Under the pieces are notes generated by a model that worked only from the letters and a program-made list of their open reading frames with translations, searched no databases and was not told where the DNA came from. A program made the position numbers and the translations under genes. From contig CAWHCF010000022.1 of the NCBI GenBank assembly GCA_963827655.1, positions 96,001-160,000 of the forward strand: a stretch of 64,000 nt of DNA, read 5' to 3'. The stretch's first letter is position 1. Every line of letters begins with the position of its first letter. This DNA comes from an uncultured Acidobacteriota bacterium. Its GTDB lineage: Bacteria; Acidobacteriota; UBA6911. Positions 13,059-23,794 of this stretch are shown piece after piece.

Positions 13059-14567
13059 TCACCAGGAACCTTCCTTGCGGCCGAGCCACCATATGACTCC
13101 GAGGGTGGCTGTATTCTGTTCCGACTTGCGGACGCCGGGAACTTCGGTCAAGAAGAACTCCTGGTTGGAAAAATCGCGTCTCCACTCCCCTCGCATCAAG
13201 AAGCCATCGGCCAGTTTGAAATCAGCGGTGAGCGTCGTCTCCTTCAAGGCCTGAGTCACGCCGCTGAACAGTCCGCCGCGATCGGACAGATACTCGGCGC
13301 GCGCTGCGAGAGCGAACCTGGGAGTGAATTGATAGCGCGCGTAAGCCGCGCCGCCCGTGACTCGAGTGGGCGACGAGAATTCCTCCACGCGATTGATAGC
13401 GTAGTCCGCTTCGAAAGCCAGGGTGAAATTGTCGGTCGCGTTGAAGGTCACGTAAGTATCGAGCACATGGAACCTGCCCCTGGACTCCGGCCGGATGACG
13501 TCGGTCGGCAGACCCGGCTGAGTCGGCAGGCTGGGGAAAGTGGGATTCAGAATGGCCACCACGTCACGCTGTTCGCGCCCGACGTAGTAGTTGATCTGCC
13601 AGGCGACCTTCTTGGACGGCGTCAATATCAACGAGACTTCCTGGGACTTGAAGCCGTTGAAGTCTTCCGACTGTTGAGTGCCGTTCACCAGCTGATACTG
13701 CACGGCAAATTTTTCGTTGAAGGGATATTTCGCCCGCAGGCCGAGATGATAGAACGGCAAAAAAGTGAAGAAGTAGGCGCGGGAATAGTTGAAATTGTCC
13801 CGCGTATAGTTGGTCTCGTAGCCGAGATTGGCCGCGAATTTGCCGAAATCAACCGTCAACCCGGAGCCGACCGGTGCGACATAGGTTCCGTAGGCTTGCC
13901 AGATGTTCCGGTATGCCTGGGGGCGCAACTCGTTCGCGGCGCTCCCCTGGGCGGCCTCGGTCGCCTGGCCGTACTGCAAGTCCAGGCGCAGTCCGAAGCG
14001 GCGGCCCGCTTCCACGTCGGGCGCGCGTTCGATAACAACCGCCGCCTGGTTGAGGCTGAAGCTATTGCTCGATACATCGTAGGCCCGAAGCAGATTGACG
14101 CGCCCTACGGGTTTATTGAAGTTGTATCCGTAGTAACCGTCGACCGTCAGGTTGATGGTCGTATCACGAAAGAAGTCGAGCACCGCGCGATCTTCCGTCG
14201 CCGCCTGCGGAGCCGTTGCAGCGCCGCCAGCCTGAACCGGCGCCGAAGTCGCCGGAGCCGGCTCGACCGCCGCCGGTTCTTTCGCGGCCGTATGAGACGG
14301 CTCGCCGCTGCCATTGCCTGCCGTTCGCGCCTCGAGCTCGGCCAGCCGCCGCTCCAACTGCTCGATGCGATCGACCAATGCACGCTCCCGTTCGTTCGTC
14401 TCGCCGGTTTTGGCCGCTGGACCCGACGCCTCCGCTTTGCCGGCAGCGACGCGCGCGCCATTCTCCCCCGGCTCCTTGCCGTTCGCCGCTTGCGCCCTGG
14501 CCGTCCCGCCCACGGTCGAGAACAAAGCCGCCGCAATCAGGATTCGGGTGACCAGATGAAGCTTCAC
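13059..14567 (-). CDS. Outer-membrane beta-barrel porin (BBP2/DUF1597-like) with N-terminal coiled coil, first gene of kdp operon
   Basis: Signal peptide from GTG 14567 (MKLHLVTRILIAAALFSTVGGTARA), RIEQLERRLAELE coil, VDGYYGYNFN, QAYGTY, DFGKF...NFNYSR, RAEY; C-terminal Trp. Confidence 0.85.
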   Translation of the reverse strand: MKLHLVTRILIAAALFSTVGGTARAQAANGKEPGENGARVAAGKAEASGPAAKTGETNERERALVDRIEQLERRLAELEARTAGNGSGEPSHTAAKEPAAVEPAPATSAPVQAGGAATAPQAATEDRAVLDFFRDTTINLTVDGYYGYNFNKPVGRVNLLRAYDVSSNSFSLNQAAVVIERAPDVEAGRRFGLRLDLQYGQATEAAQGSAANELRPQAYRNIWQAYGTYVAPVGSGLTVDFGKFAANLGYETNYTRDNFNYSRAYFFTFLPFYHLGLRAKYPFNEKFAVQYQLVNGTQQSEDFNGFKSQEVSLILTPSKKVAWQINYYVGREQRDVVAILNPTFPSLPTQPGLPTDVIRPESRGRFHVLDTYVTFNATDNFTLAFEADYAINRVEEFSSPTRVTGGAAYARYQFTPRFALAARAEYLSDRGGLFSGVTQALKETTLTADFKLADGFLMRGEWRRDFSNQEFFLTEVPGVRKSEQNTATLGVIWWLGRKEGSW

Positions 14568-15234
14568 TTTGCGCGGTGTCCGGGAGGTTCCAGCCGACAC
14601 CCCGTCTTTGTGCCGCGCGCGCCGCTTCAGACACGCGGGAAGAATGGCGAGTTGAGCCGCGAGGTGAGGGTGCATAGCAGTTCGGTGAATCGGAAGGCCT
14701 CCACCTGAAACACCCGTAATAGACGTTTGCGCCGAGACCTTGCCGGCTCGGCCCATCAGTGCCACGGCAGTGACAAACGGATTTTGAACGCGTTGATCGG
14801 CAACAGTTCTATTGAGCATTGCAGAATAACTCCCCTCTCTTCCAAGCGTGCGCCACGGACGACAAAAGAATTGTTTCAATTTGACACAAACTCCATCGAG
14901 GTCTGCGTAGGATCTGATACTGGCTCGCGAGCCAAAGTTACCATTCGCCGGAACTCTTACGACATCCGCAAGCCTCGGTCCCTGAAGTTCCTGAGCGGAA
15001 CCGTTCTGCCCGAGCCCCAGAAAAAAATCTCGAAAACGCAGCAGAAGATACGTAATGACAACCATAGAGTCCCATGCCCAGCAATTGTTCTTTCATCGCG
15101 TCCATCCTGAGCCGCCATTGTCTAGCGGCGTTTGGCGAAGCTTGCTACGCCATCCCGATCCGACGTCGAGGCCTGGAGCCTGTACCCGCCCTCGGCAGCA
15201 AGCTTGCGCACTCCACAGCGCACATTGCCCGAAT

Positions 15235-15312
15235 AGACTAGCAGAGGGGGCATAAGAGACGCGTAAGGTACGCATCAAGAATTCGTAAGGAAGGCGTTAG
15301 AAGTCTGTTAGG
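15235..15312 (-). promoter_or_regulatory. Predicted kdp promoter with six 11-bp-phased boxes (putative KdpE operator array)
   Basis: + strand TAAG/TCAAG/TTAG at 15253, 15264, 15275, 15286, 15297 and 15308; -10-like TAGTCT on the - strand at 15240-15235. Confidence 0.7.
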
Positions 15313-15443
15313 CGGCGAGTGAGGATTGACAAGAGCGCAGCGCGAAGATTTCTTAGCGGCCATCGTGTCTTCGCGGTTAGTGCGACTGGACGAATCCCAG
15401 CGTCACTCAGCGACTCAGACGACTCGAAGAAACGCTAAGAATC

Positions 15444-16886
15444 TTAACCGAAGAGGTTCAGCAACGGTTGGCCTTTGACCAGCGGGCGAGGCTGATTGAG
15501 ATCGTTGAGAACTTCCATGGCTGGATCGACGCCCAGCGCATAGTAAACCGTCGCCAGCAGGTCGGTTGGGTGGACCGGGTTCTCCTTTGGCGCCGACCCC
15601 GTGTCGTCGGACATGCCATAACTCTCCCCTCGCTTGATTCCGGCGCCCGCAATCAGCGCGGTGTAGCAATAGGGCCAGTGATCCCTCCCGTCGGGAGCAT
15701 TGGTGTTTCCCGAGGTGCTGACCCCGAGTCGCGGAGAGCGACCAAACTCGCCCACCGCAACCACCAGGGTTTCGTCAAGCAGACGGCGCTCCTCGAGGTC
15801 CTCCAATAAAGCCGAAAGGGTCCGATCGAGGATGGGGCAGTGGAGATTTTTCAGGGGTCCGAAATTGGCGGCGTGAGTATCGAACGCGTCGACCTCCGGA
15901 TTTCCGTTGGCGACGGCCGGCCAGTTCAGCTGGACCAGGCGCGTCCCTGCTTCCACCAACCGGCGCGCGAGGAGAGCGCCCTGGCCGAACGTCGTGCGGC
16001 CGTATCGCTCGCGCATCGCGGCAGGCTCGCGCTCGAGATCAAAGGCGTCGCGGGCCTTGCCTGAAAGCACGAGATCGTAGGCTTTAGCGTAATACTCGTC
16101 TACTGCGGTGGAGCTGACGGCCTTTTCCAGGTCCTTCATCGAACCGTTAATCCCCTTCAAGAGTTCGTAACGCTCTTTCAATCGCGCCTCGCCGACATCC
16201 GAGCGCAGCGAAAGATCGTCGGTCCTGATGGGCTTGTTTGGATCCTGGTAGAGGCGATACGGATCGTAGGCCTTTCCTAGAAACCCGGCGGCGCCACCCT
16301 TTCCGATGACATTGCTCTCTTGCAGCGGGCGCGGCATTTCAACGAAGGGGATCATTGGAACCGTGGGAGGCTTCAGCTTGGCGATCTGCGATCCTGCATT
16401 GGGAAAATCCCTGGGCGACGGGGGCTCGAGCTGGCCGGAGGGAGAGACTCGGTCGGGTGGGTAACCTGTCAGCATCTGGTAAATCGCAGCCGTGTGATTG
16501 AAGAGTCCCTCGGGGGTGTAGCTCATCGACCGGATGAGCGTGCACTTGTCCAGTTGTTGCGCCAGCATTGGCATGGTTTCACTGACATACACACCCGAGA
16601 TTTTCGTCTTTATAGGCTTGAATTCGCCCCGGATGTTCGTCGGGGCATCAGGCTTCGGGTCCCAGATGTCCAGGTGGCTTGGCCCCCCTTGCAGAAAAAG
16701 CAGGATGACGGATTTCGCCTGTCCGAAACCCTTCTGCTTTCGCGTTCCATCCGCGGCGGGGTGTTCTTGAAACGCAAACAACTGCGGCAAGCTCATCCCG
16801 AAAACCGCGGAACTTCCTACGCGCAGGAACTCGCGCCGCGTGGTGCCATCACACAACCTGCCGACCTTGCCTGGAATGACTAACAT
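15444..16886 (-). CDS. DUF1501 domain protein (Tat-like RREFL)
   Basis: TRREFLRVG, ILLFLQGGPSHLDIWDPKP, RERYG..FGQ..LLARRLVEAG, GEFGRSP, GRDHWP. Confidence 0.93.
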   Translation of the reverse strand: MLVIPGKVGRLCDGTTRREFLRVGSSAVFGMSLPQLFAFQEHPAADGTRKQKGFGQAKSVILLFLQGGPSHLDIWDPKPDAPTNIRGEFKPIKTKISGVYVSETMPMLAQQLDKCTLIRSMSYTPEGLFNHTAAIYQMLTGYPPDRVSPSGQLEPPSPRDFPNAGSQIAKLKPPTVPMIPFVEMPRPLQESNVIGKGGAAGFLGKAYDPYRLYQDPNKPIRTDDLSLRSDVGEARLKERYELLKGINGSMKDLEKAVSSTAVDEYYAKAYDLVLSGKARDAFDLEREPAAMRERYGRTTFGQGALLARRLVEAGTRLVQLNWPAVANGNPEVDAFDTHAANFGPLKNLHCPILDRTLSALLEDLEERRLLDETLVVAVGEFGRSPRLGVSTSGNTNAPDGRDHWPYCYTALIAGAGIKRGESYGMSDDTGSAPKENPVHPTDLLATVYYALGVDPAMEVLNDLNQPRPLVKGQPLLNLFG

Positions 16887-16943
16887 GGTTTCTCCCTCAC
16901 GAGAAATGCAGAAAAGAATGAACCAGGAAGCCGCAAAGGGTCC

Positions 16944-19412
16944 TCACCGATTGAACAAGAAGGCGTGACTGTTTAAAAGGGCCCAGAGAAGATCCTGTGC
17001 GCGTTCGGTGCGATTGTTCCCGGCCTTCAGATGCTTGATCGAGGATGCGAGCTCGTTCTCATCCGGCGGCCGGCTCAGCGTTGCCAGATAGAGGCTCTCG
17101 ACAATCTTCTGGTCGCTGGCTCCGGAAAGAATCAGCCGGGCGACCCGTCCGTCGGGATCGGCGAGGGCATCGGCCACCACTCCCCCGTTGACCAGATTGA
17201 GCGCCTGAGCCAGGCTGATATCGCCGCGACGCTCGCATTCGCAGGACGACTCGCGGGCAGGCCGGCCAAAGAGATCCAGAAACCCTCCTACTCCAACCCT
17301 GGAGTCTGGCAGCTGCTGCGCGCTATATCCTTTGGGGACTCCTTCGAAATCCGTGCTGCTGCCGGTTGCCAGACTTACGGCATCGAGCAATTCCTCGGCC
17401 GAGAGACGGCGCGGACGCTGGTGAGCAAAGTTCGCTTCGTCGTCTTCGTTCCATTCATTCGAGCGATAGCTCGTCTGGTAAATCCGGGAGGACGTGATCC
17501 GGCGCATCAGATGCTTCAGGTCCATTCGATTCCGCTTGAGATCACCAGCAAGCGCGGCGAGTAACGCAGGATTAGTGGGCGGATTGCTTGGGCGCAAATC
17601 GTCTACCGGCTCGATGATTCCTCGCGCGAAGAAGTAGCTCCAGATTCGGTTTGCAATGGCGAACGCGAAATAGGGATTGTCTTTAGAGGTCAGCCAGGCG
17701 GCAAACTGTTCGCGGCGATTCTTCTCCGTGTCGACCTGATCAGGACCGGCAAACGGGAATTTAGCCGGCACCGTGTAACCGTACTTGGGATGACGAATCT
17801 CATAGGCCTGGCGCTTCTCGTAAACAATCTCCTCGTCGCTCTGCGCTCCCTCCTTCAGGGTCACACCGCCGAAGAATGCCGTCATCTCGTAATAGTTGCG
17901 CTGGGTCCACGGCTCGAACGGATGATCGTGACAGTTAGCGCACATCATGCGCACGCCGAGAAAGAGCTGTGACGCCGTCTCCATCATCGCCTTCGGTTCA
18001 CGGGTCGCCCTGAAGAAATTGCTGGGCGGGTTATCATGAGTGCTGCCGTTTGCGACCACGATCTCCCGGACAAACTGATCGTAGGGCTTGTTTTCAGCAA
18101 TGGATTGGCGGATCCAGTTCCGGTAGCTCCACAAACCCTTTTCGCCCAGAAAACGGCGATTGCTGAGCAACAGGTCTCCCCACTTCAACGACCAATGATC
18201 GACATACTCGGGCGATGCAAGCAACTTGTCGATCAGCCTGCCCCGCTTGATCTGCGACTCGGTCGGATCCTCGAGGAAAGCCCGGACATCTTCCGGACGA
18301 GGGAGAAGCCCGATCAGGTCGAGGGAAACGCGACGCATGAACTCGGCGTCGGTGCTAATGCTCGATGGAAGCACTTTAAGGCGCTTCAGTTTCTCATCTA
18401 CCAGCCTGTCGATGTAGTTGTGCTGAGGAAGCTGCGTCCACTTGAACCCTGGTTTTTCGGTTACCGCGGTGAGAGGAACTGAAATCGACTGTCCCTGGTA
18501 CCGCACCTGTATCGTTGTTTCGCCTTTTCGAAGCGACTTCACCACGCCGGTGTCGGAAACTTCGGCCACCGACGGGGTGCCCGACACGTAGACCGATTCG
18601 GCGGTCACGTCGCGTTGCGAGCCATCGGGATAGTGCGCCAGAGCCAGCACCTGCTGGGTCAATCCCGGTTTGTTCATGAAAATCTCCGGCGGCACAACGT
18701 TCAGCTTTACGACCATGCCCTCCTTTTCGTCGGCATAGGAGACTCCCTGGCGGATCCACTCCAGCAGAGTCTTGTAGTAGCGCGAACCAGCCGCGAAACG
18801 GAGACCGCCGCCGTGCGCGACACCCATGGTCGGTTTCAGAAGCATGAGCGAATCCTCCGGAACGGCGCGGTTAAAGCGTCTTCCGGACAGGTCGTGAATC
18901 AGAGCGGCATAGTCGAAGCCAGGATCGTAGCCGCGCAGCGAAAGCTTGAAACCATTTTTCCCTTTCGCTCCGCCGTGACAGGCGCCGCTGTTGCAACCCG
19001 CTTTGCCCAGGATCGGCATAACGTCCTTGACGAACCCGACAGGACGGGCGCGCGAGAACCCCTGGACCGTGACATCGAAATGCGTCGTGATTCCTTCAGC
19101 CTCGACCTCTACCGTGCCCTGGCCATCCTTGAGCGGATGGATCAGTCCGGCTTCATCGATTTTCACCACGTCGCTGGTCGTCTTCAACTTTGCGACCGGG
19201 GTCAGGTCAACCATGCGGCCATCCGGCTGTTTTTTCGAAATCAAGACCCGACGCGTCTCGCGAGGATCGGAGATCACGACGGGAAGGGGGGTAATCTCCA
19301 GCACCGGTTTCGAAATCGAGCGCGGCGCCGGTGTCTTCGCGCTCACCCAAGGAGCCGAAACCCAGATCATCAAACCTGTTATGCACAACCCTCGTAGAAT
19401 CCGCATTGGCAT
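16944..19412 (-). CDS. PSCyt2/PSD1 (DUF1549/DUF1553) protein with Ig-like domains
   Basis: GCNSGACHG, GFKLSLRGYD, EFMRRVSLDLIG, CANCHDHP, NRIWSYFF.RGIIEPVDD, FGRPARESSCECER. Confidence 0.92.
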   Translation of the reverse strand: MPMRILRGLCITGLMIWVSAPWVSAKTPAPRSISKPVLEITPLPVVISDPRETRRVLISKKQPDGRMVDLTPVAKLKTTSDVVKIDEAGLIHPLKDGQGTVEVEAEGITTHFDVTVQGFSRARPVGFVKDVMPILGKAGCNSGACHGGAKGKNGFKLSLRGYDPGFDYAALIHDLSGRRFNRAVPEDSLMLLKPTMGVAHGGGLRFAAGSRYYKTLLEWIRQGVSYADEKEGMVVKLNVVPPEIFMNKPGLTQQVLALAHYPDGSQRDVTAESVYVSGTPSVAEVSDTGVVKSLRKGETTIQVRYQGQSISVPLTAVTEKPGFKWTQLPQHNYIDRLVDEKLKRLKVLPSSISTDAEFMRRVSLDLIGLLPRPEDVRAFLEDPTESQIKRGRLIDKLLASPEYVDHWSLKWGDLLLSNRRFLGEKGLWSYRNWIRQSIAENKPYDQFVREIVVANGSTHDNPPSNFFRATREPKAMMETASQLFLGVRMMCANCHDHPFEPWTQRNYYEMTAFFGGVTLKEGAQSDEEIVYEKRQAYEIRHPKYGYTVPAKFPFAGPDQVDTEKNRREQFAAWLTSKDNPYFAFAIANRIWSYFFARGIIEPVDDLRPSNPPTNPALLAALAGDLKRNRMDLKHLMRRITSSRIYQTSYRSNEWNEDDEANFAHQRPRRLSAEELLDAVSLATGSSTDFEGVPKGYSAQQLPDSRVGVGGFLDLFGRPARESSCECERRGDISLAQALNLVNGGVVADALADPDGRVARLILSGASDQKIVESLYLATLSRPPDENELASSIKHLKAGNNRTERAQDLLWALLNSHAFLFNR

Positions 19413-19455
19413 CTTTTTACCACGAAGACACGAAGGTGCGAAGAAACGCAACCAG

Positions 19456-21874
19456 TCAATCGTTGCTGGTCCGCGCTATTCTCAATCGCAACTTCACGTC
19501 GGGAATGGTGTAGTCCTTATTGTCCTTACGGCCTTCCATCTGGGCCGTCGCCACAAGGCGCACTTCATGCTCTCCTGGCTGTGCCGCCGGATCGGCCTGA
19601 AACTCAAGTCCTGAACGCCGATTCGCCGGGCGGGACGTCAACCGGCGCGCTCGTGACGTGCAGGGGGAGATCTTCCACCTTGAGGTGCACCGCCTCTTGA
19701 AATGGAGACTGGCGATGAATCTTTCCCTCGAGCACGAACTTGCCACCGCTCGCGAGCTGGATCCCTGGCTCCGGTATGACCAGCGCAAACGCTCGCACCA
19801 GTTCCACGGTAATGCAGGGAGAGACGACTCGCACCTCCCGGCCGCCCAGGTCCGCGCGCGCGACCATGACCATATCGAACCGGCCAATCTGGCTGTTGAA
19901 GGTCGAGGAGAGTTGCACGGGCGCCGAATTAGTCTTGGCATCCACGGCAGCTCCCTTGATGCTCACATCCAGACCGAGGGGCTGCATTCCCTCGATGCGG
20001 ATCGGGGCGTTCAGGGGAACGTTGCTGCGCACCTTCACCGGGAAATCTTGCTTCAGCCCCTGTACCAGCTTGATGGCGCGCTCCTCCAGCTCAAACGCAA
20101 TCGGCGGTGGACCCGCGACGCCGGCGGGAAGCTGCATTCCAAGCCACCTTGCCACATATGGCCTCTGAGTTGCCGCGCTCCCGCCCCCGACTTCTCTTCT
20201 TGCGCCCTTTACGGCAGTAACGAGGCCAGGACCGACCGCTCGACGACGGATTGGTTCCTGGCTCGAGGAGACCCCCTCTCCCCAGACTTCCAGATCAACG
20301 GTCGAGACAGCCGCGTTCGCCTTGGCGGTGGCTACGATCAACCCCTCTCTCGCGTTAGCGGGAATGTGCCCACCTTCGGTTGTGATTTCACCTCCTGCGC
20401 CGGTTACGCTGAGCTGGATCGGCCCACCGTAGGTATCGCGGATGACGCGCACAGATATCGCCGCGCTTCCTCCCGCGGGGATGTTAATGAACGGCGCAAC
20501 CAGCTCCAGGGAAAACTCTTCAATCTTCCGCGTGGCGCGCAGCCGGTAGCCATAAGCCGGGCCGCCGCGGTTGTTGATGTCTTCCACCGAAAGAGTTAAC
20601 TCTTCGATCTTTTCAGGCACCGTGAAAAGCAATTTCGGATCAACTCCCTTTTCACGTGGCACAAACGAGAACCCGGTCTGAAGCAGACTCGCTGCATCCA
20701 CCGCCGACGCGAGATGTTTCATTGCGTTGTCGGATACGCCCAGGTATGCTCCCAGCCGAGACGTTCCCAACCCGGCGGCCTGGATCTCAAAAAGCCACTT
20801 CTCTCCAGGCTTGACCGCGAGGCGATAGAGATCCTTCTCGCCCGGCTTCGAAATCCTTCCGTTCACGATGGTGTCGCCCGTCAGATTCGCCGGAGCACCA
20901 GACTCCGGTTCCTGAATCTCCGGCAGGTCTCCCAGGACGAACGGGAGCGGCAAACTTCCTTGCTCCTTCGCGGCAGGGAGGTTGATCATGGCCACTTCAT
21001 GAGACGGCGGATATTTCAAAGAGGCGCGCACAACGACCGGCTTCGGCAGGTTGCCGCCTTGAAGAGTCACGTCGACATCTTTTCCACGCTCGCCGCCCAA
21101 AGGGAAAATGCTTTCCGCGAAGAGGTAGTTTCCAATCTTGAGCCGGTAGAAGTTTTGCTCCTGGTCGCTGAATCGACTGTCGTGAACAACGACGCGATAC
21201 TCGCCCGCTCGCGGAAACTTCATTTCGACGCGTGAGTCGACACCGATGCCCGGCGCGTCGTCGTTGAACGCCAGCTCGCGGCCGTTGCTGTCAAGAATGC
21301 GAATCACCGGATCGATGGCAGAGGCCATGCGCCGGGCTTCGACTTCGAATACCAGGTTCTGACCCGCGGCGGCCGAGAATTTGAAAGCGTCCTGTTCGCC
21401 GGCTTTCAACGAGCTGCTGATGACCACCGGAGGCGTTACACTCCGGATTCTGTCTTTCACGTCCTGGTCATCTTCGGTTTTCTTGATCTCGATTTCTGGA
21501 AAGTCGCCCACGCTGAAGAGCATGACGTTCGAAATTCCTTCTCGAGTCCTCAGTCGAACGGGATAGTGAGCCAGGGGAGCATCGGCACGCAGTTCAATAA
21601 GAAACGGAAGCTCGGTTTCCGGAGTCTTCAGATCCCGTGAGGGCCCGAGGCGCGAAATCGTTGCGGGAAGCGTGGTGATCAACTCGGAACCCGCGGTCAA
21701 CTCCTGGCCGACGAGCGTCAAAGTAAAGGTGGTTCCCCGCTGAGCCCCGAACGGACGCAGAGTCTTGAGACTCGGAGCCGCTTGTACAAAACCAACCGCA
21801 AGTACCCAAAGGCACAGAGACAACATTCGGGCGACCTGACGTTTTCGATGAACCTGCATCAAAGCAGCACCCAT
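19456..21874 (-). CDS. Exported multi-PPC (pre-peptidase C-terminal) domain protein; frameshift near 19609
   Basis: PFGAQRG, GISN..LFSVGDFPEI, DAFKFSA..GQ.LVFEVEARR..S.IDP, FP..GEY.V..HD, YRL.IG. The C-terminus continues in ORF 19456-19941 (LEFQADPAAQPG). Confidence 0.85.
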
Positions 21875-21878
21875 GACG

Positions 21879-23270
21879 TCACCTGGAGGAAGCAGAGCCC
21901 GCGGCAATAGGAACCGGGACAAAGTCCTTAAGTAGATCCTGAGACTTTATATCGTAAATACGCACCAAACCGTCGAATCCAGCCGCAGCGAGCTGGGTTC
22001 CGGCAGGATGGAAATCCAGAGCATAGATCCCGCCTTTGTGACCCTTCAGTGTGGCTACTTTTGCGGCATTTTCAACCAGATAGATATTTATTTCGTCGCC
22101 CATACCGGCGACGGCGACCCGCAATCCGTCCGGACTGAAGCGCGCGCACTGGACGGGACCGGCTTGAATCGGGAACTCGCGCAAGAGACAGGAATCGTCG
22201 TCGATTTTCATTGCCCTCGGACGATGCATGGTATACATGCGCGGCGTCCGATCATCACCGGCGGCGACTACGACGTCGGATTTAGGATGGCGCGCCACGC
22301 AATAGAGTTCCCCATGGCCACCAAAGGTGGCTTTGGTCAACAGATTCAAGTTCTCCAGAAAAGAACCGGTCGCCACCTCCGATAGTTTGACGAAATGGTC
22401 GCGGCTAACGGAGACCAGTCGTTTCCCATCTACGGAAAAGACTGTTCCAAAGACCCAGTCTTCATGGCTTTCGATCTTCCTGACCGCTTCGCCGCTCCCG
22501 GCGTCAAAGATCCGCACCGTCTTGTCCGGACACCCCACGGCAAGATACTTGTCGTCGGGTGAAAAGGTAACGCTCAGGAGCGTGTCCGAACCGAGTTTGA
22601 TCGAACGAAGCTGCTTCGCATTGCCGACGTCCCAGAACTGTACCTCGCCGAAGCGAGCCGGAGAGCCTCCCACGGCAACCAGAATCTTGCCGTCCTTTGA
22701 GAAAGCCAGCGATTGAATGCGTTCGGCGCGGCCCACAAGGCGGCCGGCAATGCCGGAGCCATCCGTCCGGTGAAGGAGAATCTCGTGATTGCCCGAGACC
22801 GCCAGGATCGCCCCGTCAGGCGAATACGCCAGCGCCGTGATGACCGGCGACGCCTGGTAGACCGGAACCGAGGTCGGGATAGGATCACCATCGCCGCTCG
22901 CGCTGTCGTCTTTGCCTCCTTCGAGGATCCAGCGGCGGAAGAGCTCGATTTCAGCGGCTGCGAGCGGATCCATGCCCATCGGCATACGCGGTTCGAGCGC
23001 GCCGCTGAGGTGTTTGATCACGACGCTTTCATCCGGCTTTCCTGGAACAAAGGAGGGTCCCTTGCGTCCGCCTTTCTTGAAGTCGGAAAACGAAGTCGCC
23101 AGCATTCCACCGCTGCGCAGGCTGGGCAGGTGACAACCCTGGCACTTGGCGGTCAGGATGGGAAAGATCTGCTTGGCAAAACTCGCTTCGTCTTGAGCTG
23201 TAGCAACGGCCAAGGCGACCGTTGGAATGCAGACGACCGGCAAGAGAAATTGAAGAAACCTGGGAGGCAT
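21879..23270 (-). CDS. Planctomycete-type cytochrome c domain + WD40 repeats, exported
   Basis: Signal peptide, F..QIFPIL.AKCQGCH, VPGKPDES, RMP, RRWILEG, then ALAYSPDG/FSKDG/FSPDG WD40 blades. Confidence 0.92.
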   Translation of the reverse strand: MPPRFLQFLLPVVCIPTVALAVATAQDEASFAKQIFPILTAKCQGCHLPSLRSGGMLATSFSDFKKGGRKGPSFVPGKPDESVVIKHLSGALEPRMPMGMDPLAAAEIELFRRWILEGGKDDSASGDGDPIPTSVPVYQASPVITALAYSPDGAILAVSGNHEILLHRTDGSGIAGRLVGRAERIQSLAFSKDGKILVAVGGSPARFGEVQFWDVGNAKQLRSIKLGSDTLLSVTFSPDDKYLAVGCPDKTVRIFDAGSGEAVRKIESHEDWVFGTVFSVDGKRLVSVSRDHFVKLSEVATGSFLENLNLLTKATFGGHGELYCVARHPKSDVVVAAGDDRTPRMYTMHRPRAMKIDDDSCLLREFPIQAGPVQCARFSPDGLRVAVAGMGDEINIYLVENAAKVATLKGHKGGIYALDFHPAGTQLAAAGFDGLVRIYDIKSQDLLKDFVPVPIAAGSASSR

Positions 23271-23316
23271 CGAAACCCGAACGCTGACAGTTTATCGACT
23301 GCAAAAAGTACGTCTA

Positions 23317-23345
23317 TGTATAAGTCATTTCTCGTTAACTGTCAA
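23317..23345 (-). promoter_or_regulatory. sigma70-type promoter for the cytochrome-WD40/PPC/PSD1/DUF1501 operon
   Basis: TTGACA-17 bp-TATACA on the - strand, about 45 bp upstream of 23270. Confidence 0.55.
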
Positions 23346-23794
23346 CAATTCCGGGCGAGCGAAATGGTTCCGGAGGGGCCGCAATCGACGACGATTCTTG
23401 GTGCCCCGAGCGCATGGCGAGCACGTTCCCTCAATATCGCTCTCTCGCAATTGATTGTATTGAAGGACGACATGCAAAATAGTGATAGGATTCGCGCCCC
23501 GATAGTGTACCAGTGAATTCGTCCAGTCGACCAAAGAGCTTGCGTGCAATGAGATCAGTCACTCGATGTCAACCAGACGGGGCGAACGACGCCACACCGC
23601 GTGGTTTACCCGGGTAAACGTGCAAGCATCTGCTGCAGGTTTTTGCTTGCGCCTGTGAGCCACCCGCGATAGAAACACTTTTACGTTCGATGAAATCCGC
23701 ACGCCTCGCCAAACGGGTGACTGGCCACCGCCGATCGACGTGAACGGAGCGCCGATGCCGGTCATCTGAACTTGACCCCGCAGCTCGGACGCTG

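Noticed and set aside
14568-15065. 166-aa N-terminal extension of the porin
   Set aside because: The signal peptide begins at 14567 and the extension looks non-coding. Kept only as a long-leader observation.
14570-15230. c-di-AMP (ydaO) riboswitch ahead of kdp
   Set aside because: Expected from context, but the conserved GCTGAATCC and CCGTCAGCTAAC elements were not found.
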